From an uncultured Acidimicrobiales bacterium (GTDB lineage: Bacteria; Actinomycetota; Acidimicrobiia; Acidimicrobiales; Aldehydirespiratoraceae), in contig CAJQPN010000015.1 of assembly GCA_905480195.1 (NCBI GenBank), positions 32,785 through 96,784 on the forward strand: a stretch of 64,000 nt of DNA, given 5' to 3'. Of the stretch, positions 18,701 to 27,311 are shown in pieces. Each line of letters begins with the position of its first letter. The first letter of the stretch is position 1. The translations under genes and the position numbers were made by a program. A model generated the notes under the pieces. It made no database searches, was not told where the DNA came from, and saw nothing but the letters and a program-made list of their open reading frames with translations.

Positions 18701-20230
18701 TCATCCTCCCAGCTTCGGTATCGCGTGGGTGCCGTGGGCAACGGCGATGTTCTTCGTCTCCATGTAGAAGTCGAAGCTCCAGTCTCCCCCGTCGCGACCG
18801 ATTCCGCTGGCCTTCATGCCGCCGAACGGCGTGGGTAGGTGGCGAACGTTTTGGCTGTTGACCCAAATCATCCCCGCCTCGAGTGCCTTTGCGACTCGAT
18901 GGGCGCGGCCGACGTCACCAGTCCAGAGGTATCCGGCGAGGCCGTAGTCGACATCGTTGGCGATCGCAATCGCCTCGGCCTCATCGGAGAACGGGATGGC
19001 GGTGAGGACCGGGCCGAAGATCTCCTCCTGTGCGATCCGCATGTCGTTGCGGGCGTTGGTGAACAACTGCGGAGCGACCCAACAACCACCGACGGGGGCA
19101 TCGGCCCATGCGGATCCTTCGATGACCGTGGCTCCCTCCTCGACCGCGATTTCGCCATAGCTCCGCACCTTTGCGAGGTGGTTCGGATGGATGAGTGGTC
19201 CGATGACGGCCATGGGGTCGAGTGGATGACCGACAGGAATGTTCTTCATCTTCTCGGCGACGCTTGCGACGAACTCGTCGTAGATGGTGTGCTGAACAAG
19301 GAGACGACTCGACGAGGTGCAGCGTTCGCCGTTGAGGCTGTAGATCATGAAGACAGCGGCGTCGGCGGCCCGTTCGAGGTCGGCGTCGTCGAACACGATC
19401 ACCGGGTTCTTGCCCCCCAACTCAAAGTGCACCCGCTTGAGGGTTGGCGCCCCCTGGGCCTGGATGGCCGAACCGGTCGATGACTCGCCGACAAATGCAA
19501 TCGCTTTGATGAGCGGATGCTCGGTGAGTGCCTTGCCTGCGGTTTCGCCCCTACCATGCACGGTGTTGAGCACCCCGGACGGGAGGCCGGCCTCAAGCGC
19601 GATCTCGGCGAGTAGGTGCGCCGAATACGGCGACCACTCGGCCGGTTTGTGCACCACGGTGCAGCCGGCGGCGAGCGCGGGGGCGATCTTCCAGGTACTC
19701 AACATGAATGGCGTGTTCCACGGTGTGATCACACCTACCGGCCCGATCGGACGGCGAGTCGTGTAGTTGACGAAGTCTTCGGCCGGGAGGGACTTACCGT
19801 CGTTGGCGCCCGGGGCTTGATCGGCGAAGAAGCGGAAATTCTCGGCGCCGCGCAGCGCAGCTGCGCTCATGAACCGCATGGTCTGGCCGGTGTCGACACA
19901 CTCGGTCACGGCGATCTCATGCGTGCGCTCGACGATCAGATCGGCGACCACGTGGAGCAGGGCCTTGCGGCGCGCACCCGGCGTGGTCGACCACGAGAGA
20001 AACGCTTCGGCTGCCGCCGTCGCAGCCGCGTCGATGTCAGCAGCGTCGCCGGCGGCAACCTGACCGAGATCGGCTCCGTCGATCGGAGAGGTGTTGGTGA
20101 AGGTGGTGCCCGATGCCCCAGCGGCCCGAGCACCGGCAATCAGGTGGGTCAGTGGCTCACCGGCAAAGCGGGCAAGGGCCTCGTCAGCTGCGACGAGATT
20201 GTCTTCGAAGGTGTGCGTGGACTCGGCCAT
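18701..20230 (-). CDS. NAD-dependent aldehyde dehydrogenase (hydroxymuconic/CHMS semialdehyde dehydrogenase-like)
   Basis: ALDH motifs FELGGKNP and GERCTSSSR. Sits in a meta-cleavage gene context. Confidence 0.9.
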   Translation of the reverse strand: MAESTHTFEDNLVAADEALARFAGEPLTHLIAGARAAGASGTTFTNTSPIDGADLGQVAAGDAADIDAAATAAAEAFLSWSTTPGARRKALLHVVADLIVERTHEIAVTECVDTGQTMRFMSAAALRGAENFRFFADQAPGANDGKSLPAEDFVNYTTRRPIGPVGVITPWNTPFMLSTWKIAPALAAGCTVVHKPAEWSPYSAHLLAEIALEAGLPSGVLNTVHGRGETAGKALTEHPLIKAIAFVGESSTGSAIQAQGAPTLKRVHFELGGKNPVIVFDDADLERAADAAVFMIYSLNGERCTSSSRLLVQHTIYDEFVASVAEKMKNIPVGHPLDPMAVIGPLIHPNHLAKVRSYGEIAVEEGATVIEGSAWADAPVGGCWVAPQLFTNARNDMRIAQEEIFGPVLTAIPFSDEAEAIAIANDVDYGLAGYLWTGDVGRAHRVAKALEAGMIWVNSQNVRHLPTPFGGMKASGIGRDGGDWSFDFYMETKNIAVAHGTHAIPKLGG

Positions 20231-20321
20231 CAGTTCACTTCCGATGCTCTCGGCACCGTCTCATCGTGGACCACTGTGGCCGGTGCGGCGATATCGGCCA
20301 GGCACGCAAAGATGACAGGAG

Positions 20322-20357
20322 ACATGAACGTTGTTTAACATGTGCATTACTTCATGT
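20322..20357. promoter_or_regulatory. AT-rich operator/promoter candidate with ACATGAA...ACATGT...TTCATGT elements
   Basis: 7-bp inverted arms ACATGAA (20322..20328) and TTCATGT (20351..20357) flank a central ACATGT. Lies in the divergent region between the ALDH operon and the HpaR-like gene. Confidence 0.4.
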
Positions 20358-20824
20358 CGATCCCGATCCGTCCCTTCCAGCAGTCACTGCCAATGGCGCT
20401 GCTTGGCGCGCGTGAGGCAACGATGCAGCGGTTCCGGCCGATGCTCGCCGAGTTCGAGCTGACCGAGCAGCAGTGGCGCGTGCTTCGAGCACTCGCCTCG
20501 GCCGACGAGCCGCTCGAGGTGACCGAGGTCGCAGCCCGCACCAAACTGCTGCCACCAAGCGTCTCACGCATCGTTGCGCGCCTCGCCGACCACCACCTGA
20601 TCGAACGCACGACGGTCGAGCACGACCAGCGTCGAGCCACCCTCCGCCTCACCCGCAAGGGCCGAGGCTTGATCACACGGGTGGCACCCCACTCCGAACG
20701 CATCTACGCCGAGATCGAATCGGCCTTTGGGCCAGCGCGACTCTCTCGCCTCCTCGACGAGCTCCAGTACCTCACCGCGATCGCAGGAACCACCGCAGGA
20801 GAACCGGCCGGGGAGGCTTCATGA
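20354..20824 (+). CDS. MarR-family regulator, HpaR-like (homoprotocatechuate degradation repressor)
   Basis: SLPMALLGAREATMQRFRPMLAEFELTEQQWRVLRAL parallels E. coli HpaR (SLTIALLQAREAAMSYFRP...LTEQQWRIVRIL). The start is ATG 20354 or GTG 20342. Confidence 0.85.
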   Translation: MSIPIRPFQQSLPMALLGAREATMQRFRPMLAEFELTEQQWRVLRALASADEPLEVTEVAARTKLLPPSVSRIVARLADHHLIERTTVEHDQRRATLRLTRKGRGLITRVAPHSERIYAEIESAFGPARLSRLLDELQYLTAIAGTTAGEPAGEAS

Positions 20825-21627
20825 CACTGACCGACGACGAGGTCACCGCCGAGGCGCACATCCTCGACGAGGCGGAACGCACCCGCACCCAGGCCCGGCA
20901 GACGACCTCAGTTCATCCCGACATGTCGATGGACGATGCCTACCGGGTGCAAAACGCATGGCTCGGCATCAAGACCGCTCGCGGTGAGGTCGTCGTCGGC
21001 CACAAGATCGGTCTCACATCACGGGCCATGCAAGCGGCGATGCAGATCGATACACCCGACTCCGGCTTCCTCACCGAAGCCATGGTGTTTGCGCCCGATT
21101 CCACCATCGAGGCGGGTCGCTTCACCGATGTGAAGCTCGAGATTGAGCTCGCCTTCGTGCTTGCGACCGACCTCTCCGGAACCGACCTCACCATCGACGA
21201 CGTACTCGACGCCACCGAGTACGTCACACCGTCGATCGAGCTGATCGCGTCGAGAACCTTCCGGATCGATCCACAAACGGGCCGGACCCGCACCGTCATT
21301 GACACGATCGCCGACAATGCGGCCGATGCCGGCATTGTCTGCGGTGGCCGTCCGGTCGGCCCACGCGACGTCGATCTGCGCTGGATCGGGGCGATGGGCA
21401 GCCGCAACGGCGTCATCGAGGAGACCGGGCTCGCCGGTGCGGTGCTCGGCCATCCGGCCAACGGGATCGTCTGGCTCGCTCGCCGCTACGCCGAGCAAGG
21501 ATTGACCCTCGAAGCTGGCCAGACGATCCTGGCTGGGTCATTCACCCGCCCGATCGAGATCGCAGCGGGCGACGAGTTCCACTTCGACTATGGCCTCCTC
21601 GGTCAGTTCGGCCTCCATTTCTCCTGA
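20821..21627 (+). CDS. 2-oxo-hept-3-ene-1,7-dioate / 2-keto-4-pentenoate hydratase family protein
   Basis: MhpD/HpaH-like blocks (AYRVQNAWLGIK...GHKIGLTSRAMQ...ELAFVL). ATGA overlap with the regulator stop. The track ORF N-terminal extension is rejected. Confidence 0.85.
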   Translation: MTLTDDEVTAEAHILDEAERTRTQARQTTSVHPDMSMDDAYRVQNAWLGIKTARGEVVVGHKIGLTSRAMQAAMQIDTPDSGFLTEAMVFAPDSTIEAGRFTDVKLEIELAFVLATDLSGTDLTIDDVLDATEYVTPSIELIASRTFRIDPQTGRTRTVIDTIADNAADAGIVCGGRPVGPRDVDLRWIGAMGSRNGVIEETGLAGAVLGHPANGIVWLARRYAEQGLTLEAGQTILAGSFTRPIEIAAGDEFHFDYGLLGQFGLHFS

Positions 21628-21633
21628 ACCTCC

Positions 21634-22926
21634 ATGACTGACGACAACAAGCGCAGCTATCACGTCGAGCGGGGCGACACACCGCCAGTTCCCCCCGGCT
21701 GTCCGGTGCACCAGAGCTGGAGCCCACTCGACGGCGAGTATCTCGACGACCCGTACCGGATCGCCAAACAGCTCCAGACCGACCATCCGACCTTCTACAG
21801 CGAGCAGCTGCAGTACCTGGTCGTGACCGAGATGGACGAGATCGAGCGGATCTTTGTCGACCACGAGACATTCGCATCGGCCAACGTGCAGGACCCGGTG
21901 TTCCCGCTCGGCGAAGCTGCCCAGGCCATATTCGCCGGCGCGCCCGATTACAACCCGGTCGCCGTGATGTCGAACCGAGCAGAGCCCGACCACGGCCGAC
22001 TTCGGGTCTACACCCGGCAGGGCTTCTCGAGCCGCCGGATCCAAACGCTCGAGCCGTACATCCGCCGGCGAAGCCACGAGTTGATCGACGCGATGCAGGC
22101 AGCGGGCTCACCCGTCGAGTTCGTCGAAGCATTCGGATTCCCGCTCCCGGGCGAGACCGTGTTCCGTTTCATCGGCTTCCCCCAAGCCGATGACGAAATG
22201 CTCAAGAAGTGGTGCGTTGAACGCAAGGCGTTCTCGTGGGGCAACCCAACCGGCGAGCAGCAGGCGAAGATCGCTGAAGACATGGTGTCGTACTGGCGGT
22301 ACTGCCGCGATTTCACCGCGTCGAAGCGCGACGCTCGCGGTGACGATCTGGCCTCCGAACTGATCTCACTTCACGAACAGAACCCAACCGAGCTCTCGTA
22401 CCGGGAAGTCGAGTCGATCGTCTACGGACTCTCGTTCGCCGGCCACGAGGCCGTCACGGCGCTCATCTGCAACACGCTGCAGTGCTTGCTCCCTCGCCGC
22501 GATCAGTGGGACGCAATTTGCGCCAACCCGGACCTTGTTCCGAACGCAATCGACGAGGTGCTCCGGTACGACTCGAGCCAGATCTCGTGGCGCCGAGTGA
22601 CCACCATGGACACGACGGTCGGCGGCTTCGACGTCCCGAAAGGCACCGGCATCTTCCTCAACTTCGCCTCGGCCAACCGCCAGGCCGACATCTGGGACGA
22701 CCCCGACACGTTCGACATCCGCCGCCCCAACGCCAACCGACACATCTCCTTCGGCAAGGGCGTGCACTTTTGTCTGGGAGCCAAGTTCGCCAAGTTCGAG
22801 ACCGGCTTGATGCTGGAGATCCTCGCCGACCGGCTCCCCACACTCCGCCTCGTGGAGCAAGATTTCGACTACTTCCCCAACATCACCTTTCGGGGGCCGT
22901 CGACGATGCACCTAGCCTGGGCCTGA
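21634..22926 (+). CDS. cytochrome P450
   Basis: Heme loop FGKGVHFCLGAKFA and EVLRYD (ExxR). Confidence 0.9.
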   Translation: MTDDNKRSYHVERGDTPPVPPGCPVHQSWSPLDGEYLDDPYRIAKQLQTDHPTFYSEQLQYLVVTEMDEIERIFVDHETFASANVQDPVFPLGEAAQAIFAGAPDYNPVAVMSNRAEPDHGRLRVYTRQGFSSRRIQTLEPYIRRRSHELIDAMQAAGSPVEFVEAFGFPLPGETVFRFIGFPQADDEMLKKWCVERKAFSWGNPTGEQQAKIAEDMVSYWRYCRDFTASKRDARGDDLASELISLHEQNPTELSYREVESIVYGLSFAGHEAVTALICNTLQCLLPRRDQWDAICANPDLVPNAIDEVLRYDSSQISWRRVTTMDTTVGGFDVPKGTGIFLNFASANRQADIWDDPDTFDIRRPNANRHISFGKGVHFCLGAKFAKFETGLMLEILADRLPTLRLVEQDFDYFPNITFRGPSTMHLAWA

Positions 22927-24347
22927 TGTCGCTCCCCAGCTCCGAAGTCATCGACGCCCTCCGGGCAGCGCTCGACGCACGTGCCGTTCTCGTCGGCGAC
23001 GACGCCACCTCCTTTCTGATCGATCCGCGCAACAAGCCCACCGCCGACGAAGCCGTGGTCGTTCGTCCCGCCGACACCGCTGGTGTCGCTGCGACCGTTG
23101 CCATCTGTGCCGAACACCGCGTGGCCGTCGTTCCCCAAGGCGGCAACAGCGGCCTCAGCTATGGCACCCACTCGCCGACCGACCGCCCATCGATCGTGCT
23201 GTCGGTTGCCCGTCTCGACCAGATCATCTCGATCGACCCTGACCGCTGGACGATCACCGCCGAGGCCGGCGTCACCATCGAAGCGGTCCAGCAAGCTGCG
23301 CATGCCGCAGGTCGAAAGTTCGCCCCCGACTGGGGTGCTCGCGGTTCTGCCACTGTCGGCGGTGCGATCGCCACCGATGCAGGCGGCAACAACGTGGTCC
23401 GCTACGGCAACATGCGCGACAACGTGATGGGCATCGAGGCGGTGCTCGCCGATGGCTCGGTCTGGGACGGCCGGCGGGCGCTGGTGAAGGACTCCTCGGG
23501 GTATGACCTCAAGCATCTCTTCATCGGCGGCGAAGGCACGCTCGGCATCGTCACCTCGGCGGTCCTGAAGCTCGTCCCGGCCACGCCACACGAAACCTCG
23601 CTCCTCGCGGCGATCACCGGACTCGACGCACTCCGGCCATTGCTCGAACTAGCCCATGTCCACGCTCCGGGCTTGATCTCCGCCTTCGAACTCCTGCCCG
23701 ACGTTGCGATCGACCGGGTGGTCGAGATCTCCGATGCCACAAAGCCGATCGACGCCGGCACCGAGTACTACGCCCTCATCAAACTGGCCTCGTCGAAGCC
23801 AGTTGACGACGACATCGCTTCGTTCCTCAAAGCCGGGGCTGAGGCGGGTCACATCGTCGACGCGGTGGTTGCCGGAACCCCCGACCAAGAAGCCAACCTG
23901 TGGTTCCTGCGCGACCACGCGCCACCGACGTCGTGCTTCGTCGAGCATCAAGAACACGGCCTCAAGCTCGACACTGCGGTACCGGTCGACCGCATCGAGG
24001 ACTTCGTCCGGTCGGTACTCGACGCCGCCACCGAGATCGCACCGATGGCGCTCGCGTACGGCTTCGGTCACGTCGGCGACGGCAACCTCCACATGATGAT
24101 CCTCCCCACCGCCGACGAGGCAGTCGAGCCGTGGCTCGAGGTACGCGACGCCATGTCGGACCGCATCGACGAGCTCGTCTTCGGCCTCGACGGCACGCTG
24201 TCAGCCGAGCATGGTGTCGGCCTGCTGCTGCGCGATCGGGTCGGCCCGCAGAAGTCCGAACTGGAGTGGCAGATGATGCGTGCCGTGAAGGCAGCGCTCG
24301 ACCCGAGCGACCTGTTCAACCCCGAGAAGATGATTCCGGCAGGCTGA
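22926..24347 (+). CDS. FAD-binding (PCMH/GlcD-type) oxidoreductase
   Basis: FAD_binding_4-like N-terminus (VVRPADTAGVAATVAICAEHRVAVVPQGGNSGL) and a C-terminal FAD-oxidase domain (GTLSAEHGVG). ATG overlaps the P450 stop (TGATG). Confidence 0.85.
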   Translation: MSLPSSEVIDALRAALDARAVLVGDDATSFLIDPRNKPTADEAVVVRPADTAGVAATVAICAEHRVAVVPQGGNSGLSYGTHSPTDRPSIVLSVARLDQIISIDPDRWTITAEAGVTIEAVQQAAHAAGRKFAPDWGARGSATVGGAIATDAGGNNVVRYGNMRDNVMGIEAVLADGSVWDGRRALVKDSSGYDLKHLFIGGEGTLGIVTSAVLKLVPATPHETSLLAAITGLDALRPLLELAHVHAPGLISAFELLPDVAIDRVVEISDATKPIDAGTEYYALIKLASSKPVDDDIASFLKAGAEAGHIVDAVVAGTPDQEANLWFLRDHAPPTSCFVEHQEHGLKLDTAVPVDRIEDFVRSVLDAATEIAPMALAYGFGHVGDGNLHMMILPTADEAVEPWLEVRDAMSDRIDELVFGLDGTLSAEHGVGLLLRDRVGPQKSELEWQMMRAVKAALDPSDLFNPEKMIPAG

Positions 24348-24348
24348 C

Positions 24349-25986
24349 TCAGCCGATGTTGGGGAGTGCGGCGTCGGGGACCTCGGCCTCGTTCCAGTAG
24401 CCGATCAGGACACCGTCGACTGCGTCCTTGCCTTCGTAGCGCGGCACATCACCGTCGCCGGGGCGCCACGTCAGTTCGTGACTCCGGGCCCGATACCACT
24501 CGAAGAGTCGTTCGTGGAGTTCGGCGCGCACCGATGCCAACCCAGGGTCCCCGATCCGATCGGTGAGCTCGGCTGGTTCTTCTCGAAGGTCGTACAGCAG
24601 GTTCGGTCCGGTCTCGCTGAGGATGTATTTGTAGTCGGGGGTGCGCAGCATCGTGGCCCGACGGCTCGCCCGCGGTCCTGGTGGCAGATGGTTCGCCATC
24701 TCCATGAGGCTGAACTCCGACTCGGTCACGGCGACCTGGTCGTGAGCGTCGACGGCTCCGGCGCGGTCGTGGAGGAGTGGCTCCAGCGATTGACCCTCGA
24801 GATGAACGTTGGACCCGGCATCTCCACCGAGCGCATCGACGAAGGTCGGCGCGAGATCGATCATCTCGATGAGGTCGGTGGAAACCGATCCTCGGGTGGC
24901 GTCAGCCCCGGCCCGCGGGTCGGCGACGATCATGGGGATTCGCACGACCTCTTCGTGAAGCCAGTCCTTCTCGCCCATCCAGTGATCGCCCATGTAGTCG
25001 CCGTGGTCGGAGGTCAAGACGATCATCGTGTCGTCGCGACGGCCTAGGTCGTCGAGGGCTCGGAACAGCCGGCCGAGGTGGTCGTCGAGTTGTTTCACCA
25101 AGCCGAGATAGGCGGGGTAGACGGTCGTGCGGACTTCGTCACGCGAGAAGGTCGACCCGATTCGGCTTCGTTGAAACGCAGCGATGACCGGGTGGTCGGT
25201 TTCGAGCTCAGCGTTGGACCGGTTGGGCGACGGCAAATCGTTGCGGTGGACCAGGCGGTGATACGGCTCGGACACGACGTAAGGCCAATGCGGCTTGATG
25301 TATGACAGGTGGATACACCAGCGCTCGTCGCCGGCGTCACGGATGAAGTCGATCGCCCGGTTGGTCATGTAGGCGGTCTCCGACAACTCGTCGGGAACGA
25401 TCGCCGGGTACTGCGAGGCCTCGAGCAGCCAGCCCGACATGCGATCGCCCTCCGGCGTGAGGACCGAGTTGGCGACCGTGTGCCACGGGTTCGGGCCGTC
25501 ATAGCCCTGATCGAGCAGGAATTTGTTGTAGCCCCGCTCGAACAGGGCCGGTGCCGTGTTCGGCACGAGACCATCCTCGCGTTCGATCGGTTCGAATCCG
25601 CACTGGTTGATGATCGTCGTCCACGGGTCGTGGGGGTCGAGCCGCAACCGATCGAGGCCGCTGCGGTCCCGAGCCATGTGCGTCTTCCCGATCAAGACAC
25701 TGCGAACGTCGAGCGGCCGCAGATGATCGCCAATCGTCGGCTCGGCGATCGACAGAGGCACGCTGTTGTAGCGAGAGCCGTGCGATTGGACGTACCGGCC
25801 GGTGTAGGCACTCATCCGCGAAGAGCCACAGACCGAACCCTGTGCGAAGGCACGGTCGAAGCGGACGCCACGCCGTGCCAAGGCATCGAGGTTTGGGGTG
25901 TCGACCAGCCCGCCCGCGCACGACAGAGCGTCGTGGCGAAGCTGGTCACACATGATGAAAAGAACGTTTCGTACCGGCGCGGTCAC
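24349..25986 (-). CDS. sulfatase / alkaline-phosphatase-superfamily hydrolase
   Basis: NVLFIMCDQLRHD...SVCGSSRMSAYTGRY...LTSDHGD. GTG start preceded by AGGGGG. Confidence 0.85.
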   Translation of the reverse strand: MTAPVRNVLFIMCDQLRHDALSCAGGLVDTPNLDALARRGVRFDRAFAQGSVCGSSRMSAYTGRYVQSHGSRYNSVPLSIAEPTIGDHLRPLDVRSVLIGKTHMARDRSGLDRLRLDPHDPWTTIINQCGFEPIEREDGLVPNTAPALFERGYNKFLLDQGYDGPNPWHTVANSVLTPEGDRMSGWLLEASQYPAIVPDELSETAYMTNRAIDFIRDAGDERWCIHLSYIKPHWPYVVSEPYHRLVHRNDLPSPNRSNAELETDHPVIAAFQRSRIGSTFSRDEVRTTVYPAYLGLVKQLDDHLGRLFRALDDLGRRDDTMIVLTSDHGDYMGDHWMGEKDWLHEEVVRIPMIVADPRAGADATRGSVSTDLIEMIDLAPTFVDALGGDAGSNVHLEGQSLEPLLHDRAGAVDAHDQVAVTESEFSLMEMANHLPPGPRASRRATMLRTPDYKYILSETGPNLLYDLREEPAELTDRIGDPGLASVRAELHERLFEWYRARSHELTWRPGDGDVPRYEGKDAVDGVLIGYWNEAEVPDAALPNIG

Positions 25987-25989
25987 CCC

Positions 25990-26006
25990 CTGACGGTAAC
26001 CGTCAG
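25990..26006. repeat. perfect inverted repeat CTGACGG-TAA-CCGTCAG
   Basis: Lies 4 nt upstream of the sulfatase start, where it overlaps the SD, and downstream of the VOC gene stop. Could be a terminator or an operator. Confidence 0.4.
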
Positions 26007-26031
26007 CCTGGGCCGGTGCGTAACGGCCGAG

Positions 26032-26670
26032 TCAGGCGACGAAACCCTCCAACGGCGTCGGCTCCGGTACCTCCCAGTGGAGTGGCATGTGAGAGAAGTC
26101 GAAGAACGGCGCTTCGTCACCCTCCTCGATTGCGGCTTGTACCTGGTCGTAAAAGCCCTTGCCGGTCTCCTCTGCGAACGTGATTGCAACCTCTTCGGCA
26201 GTGTCGGAGCGTGCCGGCCGCTGGCAGTACTCAGGAAATGACGCCTCGCCGGCATCGCCTTCTTCGTAGCCGCGAGCGAACAATTGCTTCAGCATGCCGA
26301 ACCCGTCGTTACGCACGAGCATCTCGCCTCGCGGGTGACCACCGAGGCGCTGCATGTGCTCGATGTACTTCTCGAGATCGTGCGTGTCGAATGCGACGTG
26401 CTGTACGGCGTGGTCTCCGTGGCGATCGGTGAACTTGGTGACCTGGCTCTTCTCGGCCCGATCGATGCCCTCGATCAAGGCGACACCAAAGTCGCCGAAG
26501 TCGATGCACCAGATCTTCATCGACGAACCGGAATCGTCTGGTCGTACATCGTCGATTCGGTTGATGAGGGTGCCTCCCTCGACCTCAATGTGAAACCAGG
26601 CCCACCTCTCGATTTGGCCACTGGCGCACGCATAGGTGATGTGGTCGACCTTCTTGAGATGTGACGGCAT
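26032..26670 (-). CDS. VOC-superfamily protein resembling the C-terminal catalytic half of 4-hydroxyphenylpyruvate dioxygenase
   Basis: VDHITYA..., EKSQVTKF...AVQHVAFDT..., LKQLFARGY...FPEYCQRP...GKGFYDQVQAAIE parallel the HPPD C-domain blocks (H...SQI...QHIA...LLQIFT...FFEiIQR...GNFkaLFesIE). Confidence 0.65.
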   Translation of the reverse strand: MPSHLKKVDHITYACASGQIERWAWFHIEVEGGTLINRIDDVRPDDSGSSMKIWCIDFGDFGVALIEGIDRAEKSQVTKFTDRHGDHAVQHVAFDTHDLEKYIEHMQRLGGHPRGEMLVRNDGFGMLKQLFARGYEEGDAGEASFPEYCQRPARSDTAEEVAITFAEETGKGFYDQVQAAIEEGDEAPFFDFSHMPLHWEVPEPTPLEGFVA

Positions 26671-26709
26671 GCCCTCATAACATCAACATGATCAATGATG
26701 TGCAACACT

Positions 26710-26728
26710 TATGAACACTCTGTTCATA
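26710..26728. promoter_or_regulatory. perfect palindrome TATGAACA-CTC-TGTTCATA in an AT-rich Lrp/VOC divergent region
   Basis: 8-bp arms with a 3-nt spacer, inside the most AT-rich stretch of the window (26671..26774). Confidence 0.45.
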
Positions 26729-26774
26729 TATTTGCAGTTTTGTATCAGAATCGTTCATTCTTCTACCTGGACTG

Positions 26775-27236
26775 ATGGCTTCCACCGAACACCTTGACAC
26801 CACCGACATCACGCTGTTGCAAGCCTTGCGGGCCAATCCGCGAGCGAGCGTCGCCCAGATCGCACGCGACACCGGACTGGCTCGCGGCACCGTCTATACC
26901 CGGATCGACCGACTGGAAGCCGACGGGGTCATCGTGGGCTGGGGTCCCGAACTCGACAGTCGCGCCCTGGGCTTCGGTGTGCTTGCGTTCTGCACGCTGC
27001 AGATTGCGCAGGGCGTCCACGATCCAACCATCAAGGCGTTGGCCGAGATCGCCGAGGTCACAGAGATCCACACCGTCACCGGCGATGGCGATCTACTCGT
27101 TCGCATTGTCGCCCGGTCGAACGACCACTTGCACGAGGTGCTGATGACGGTCACCTCGCTGCCAGCAGTGCGCCACAGCCATACGCAACTCGCGCTCGCA
27201 ACGGGGCACCGCCGCCCTGTCGTCGACGCGCTCTGA
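26775..27236 (+). CDS. Lrp/AsnC-family transcriptional regulator
   Basis: LDTTDITLLQALRANPRASVAQIARDTGLARGTVYTRIDRLEADGVI, followed by a RAM domain. Confidence 0.9.
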   Translation: MASTEHLDTTDITLLQALRANPRASVAQIARDTGLARGTVYTRIDRLEADGVIVGWGPELDSRALGFGVLAFCTLQIAQGVHDPTIKALAEIAEVTEIHTVTGDGDLLVRIVARSNDHLHEVLMTVTSLPAVRHSHTQLALATGHRRPVVDAL

Positions 27237-27311
27237 GCTGCGGGCCGCTGACGACGGTCGAGACAGGGTGTCAGCAGCGTTCCTCGTATCCCGATCCTCG
27301 CGACGCGCCAG

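Noticed and set aside
22482-22925. N-terminal extensions of track ORFs (for example 22482..24347, 20473..21627, 16031..17416, 36125..37246, 37283..38701, 3282..4673)
   Set aside because: The extended parts overlap the preceding real gene in another frame and are Arg/Pro-rich. Homology begins at an internal ATG or GTG that often forms an ATGA/TGATG coupling or follows a GGAGG-like SD.
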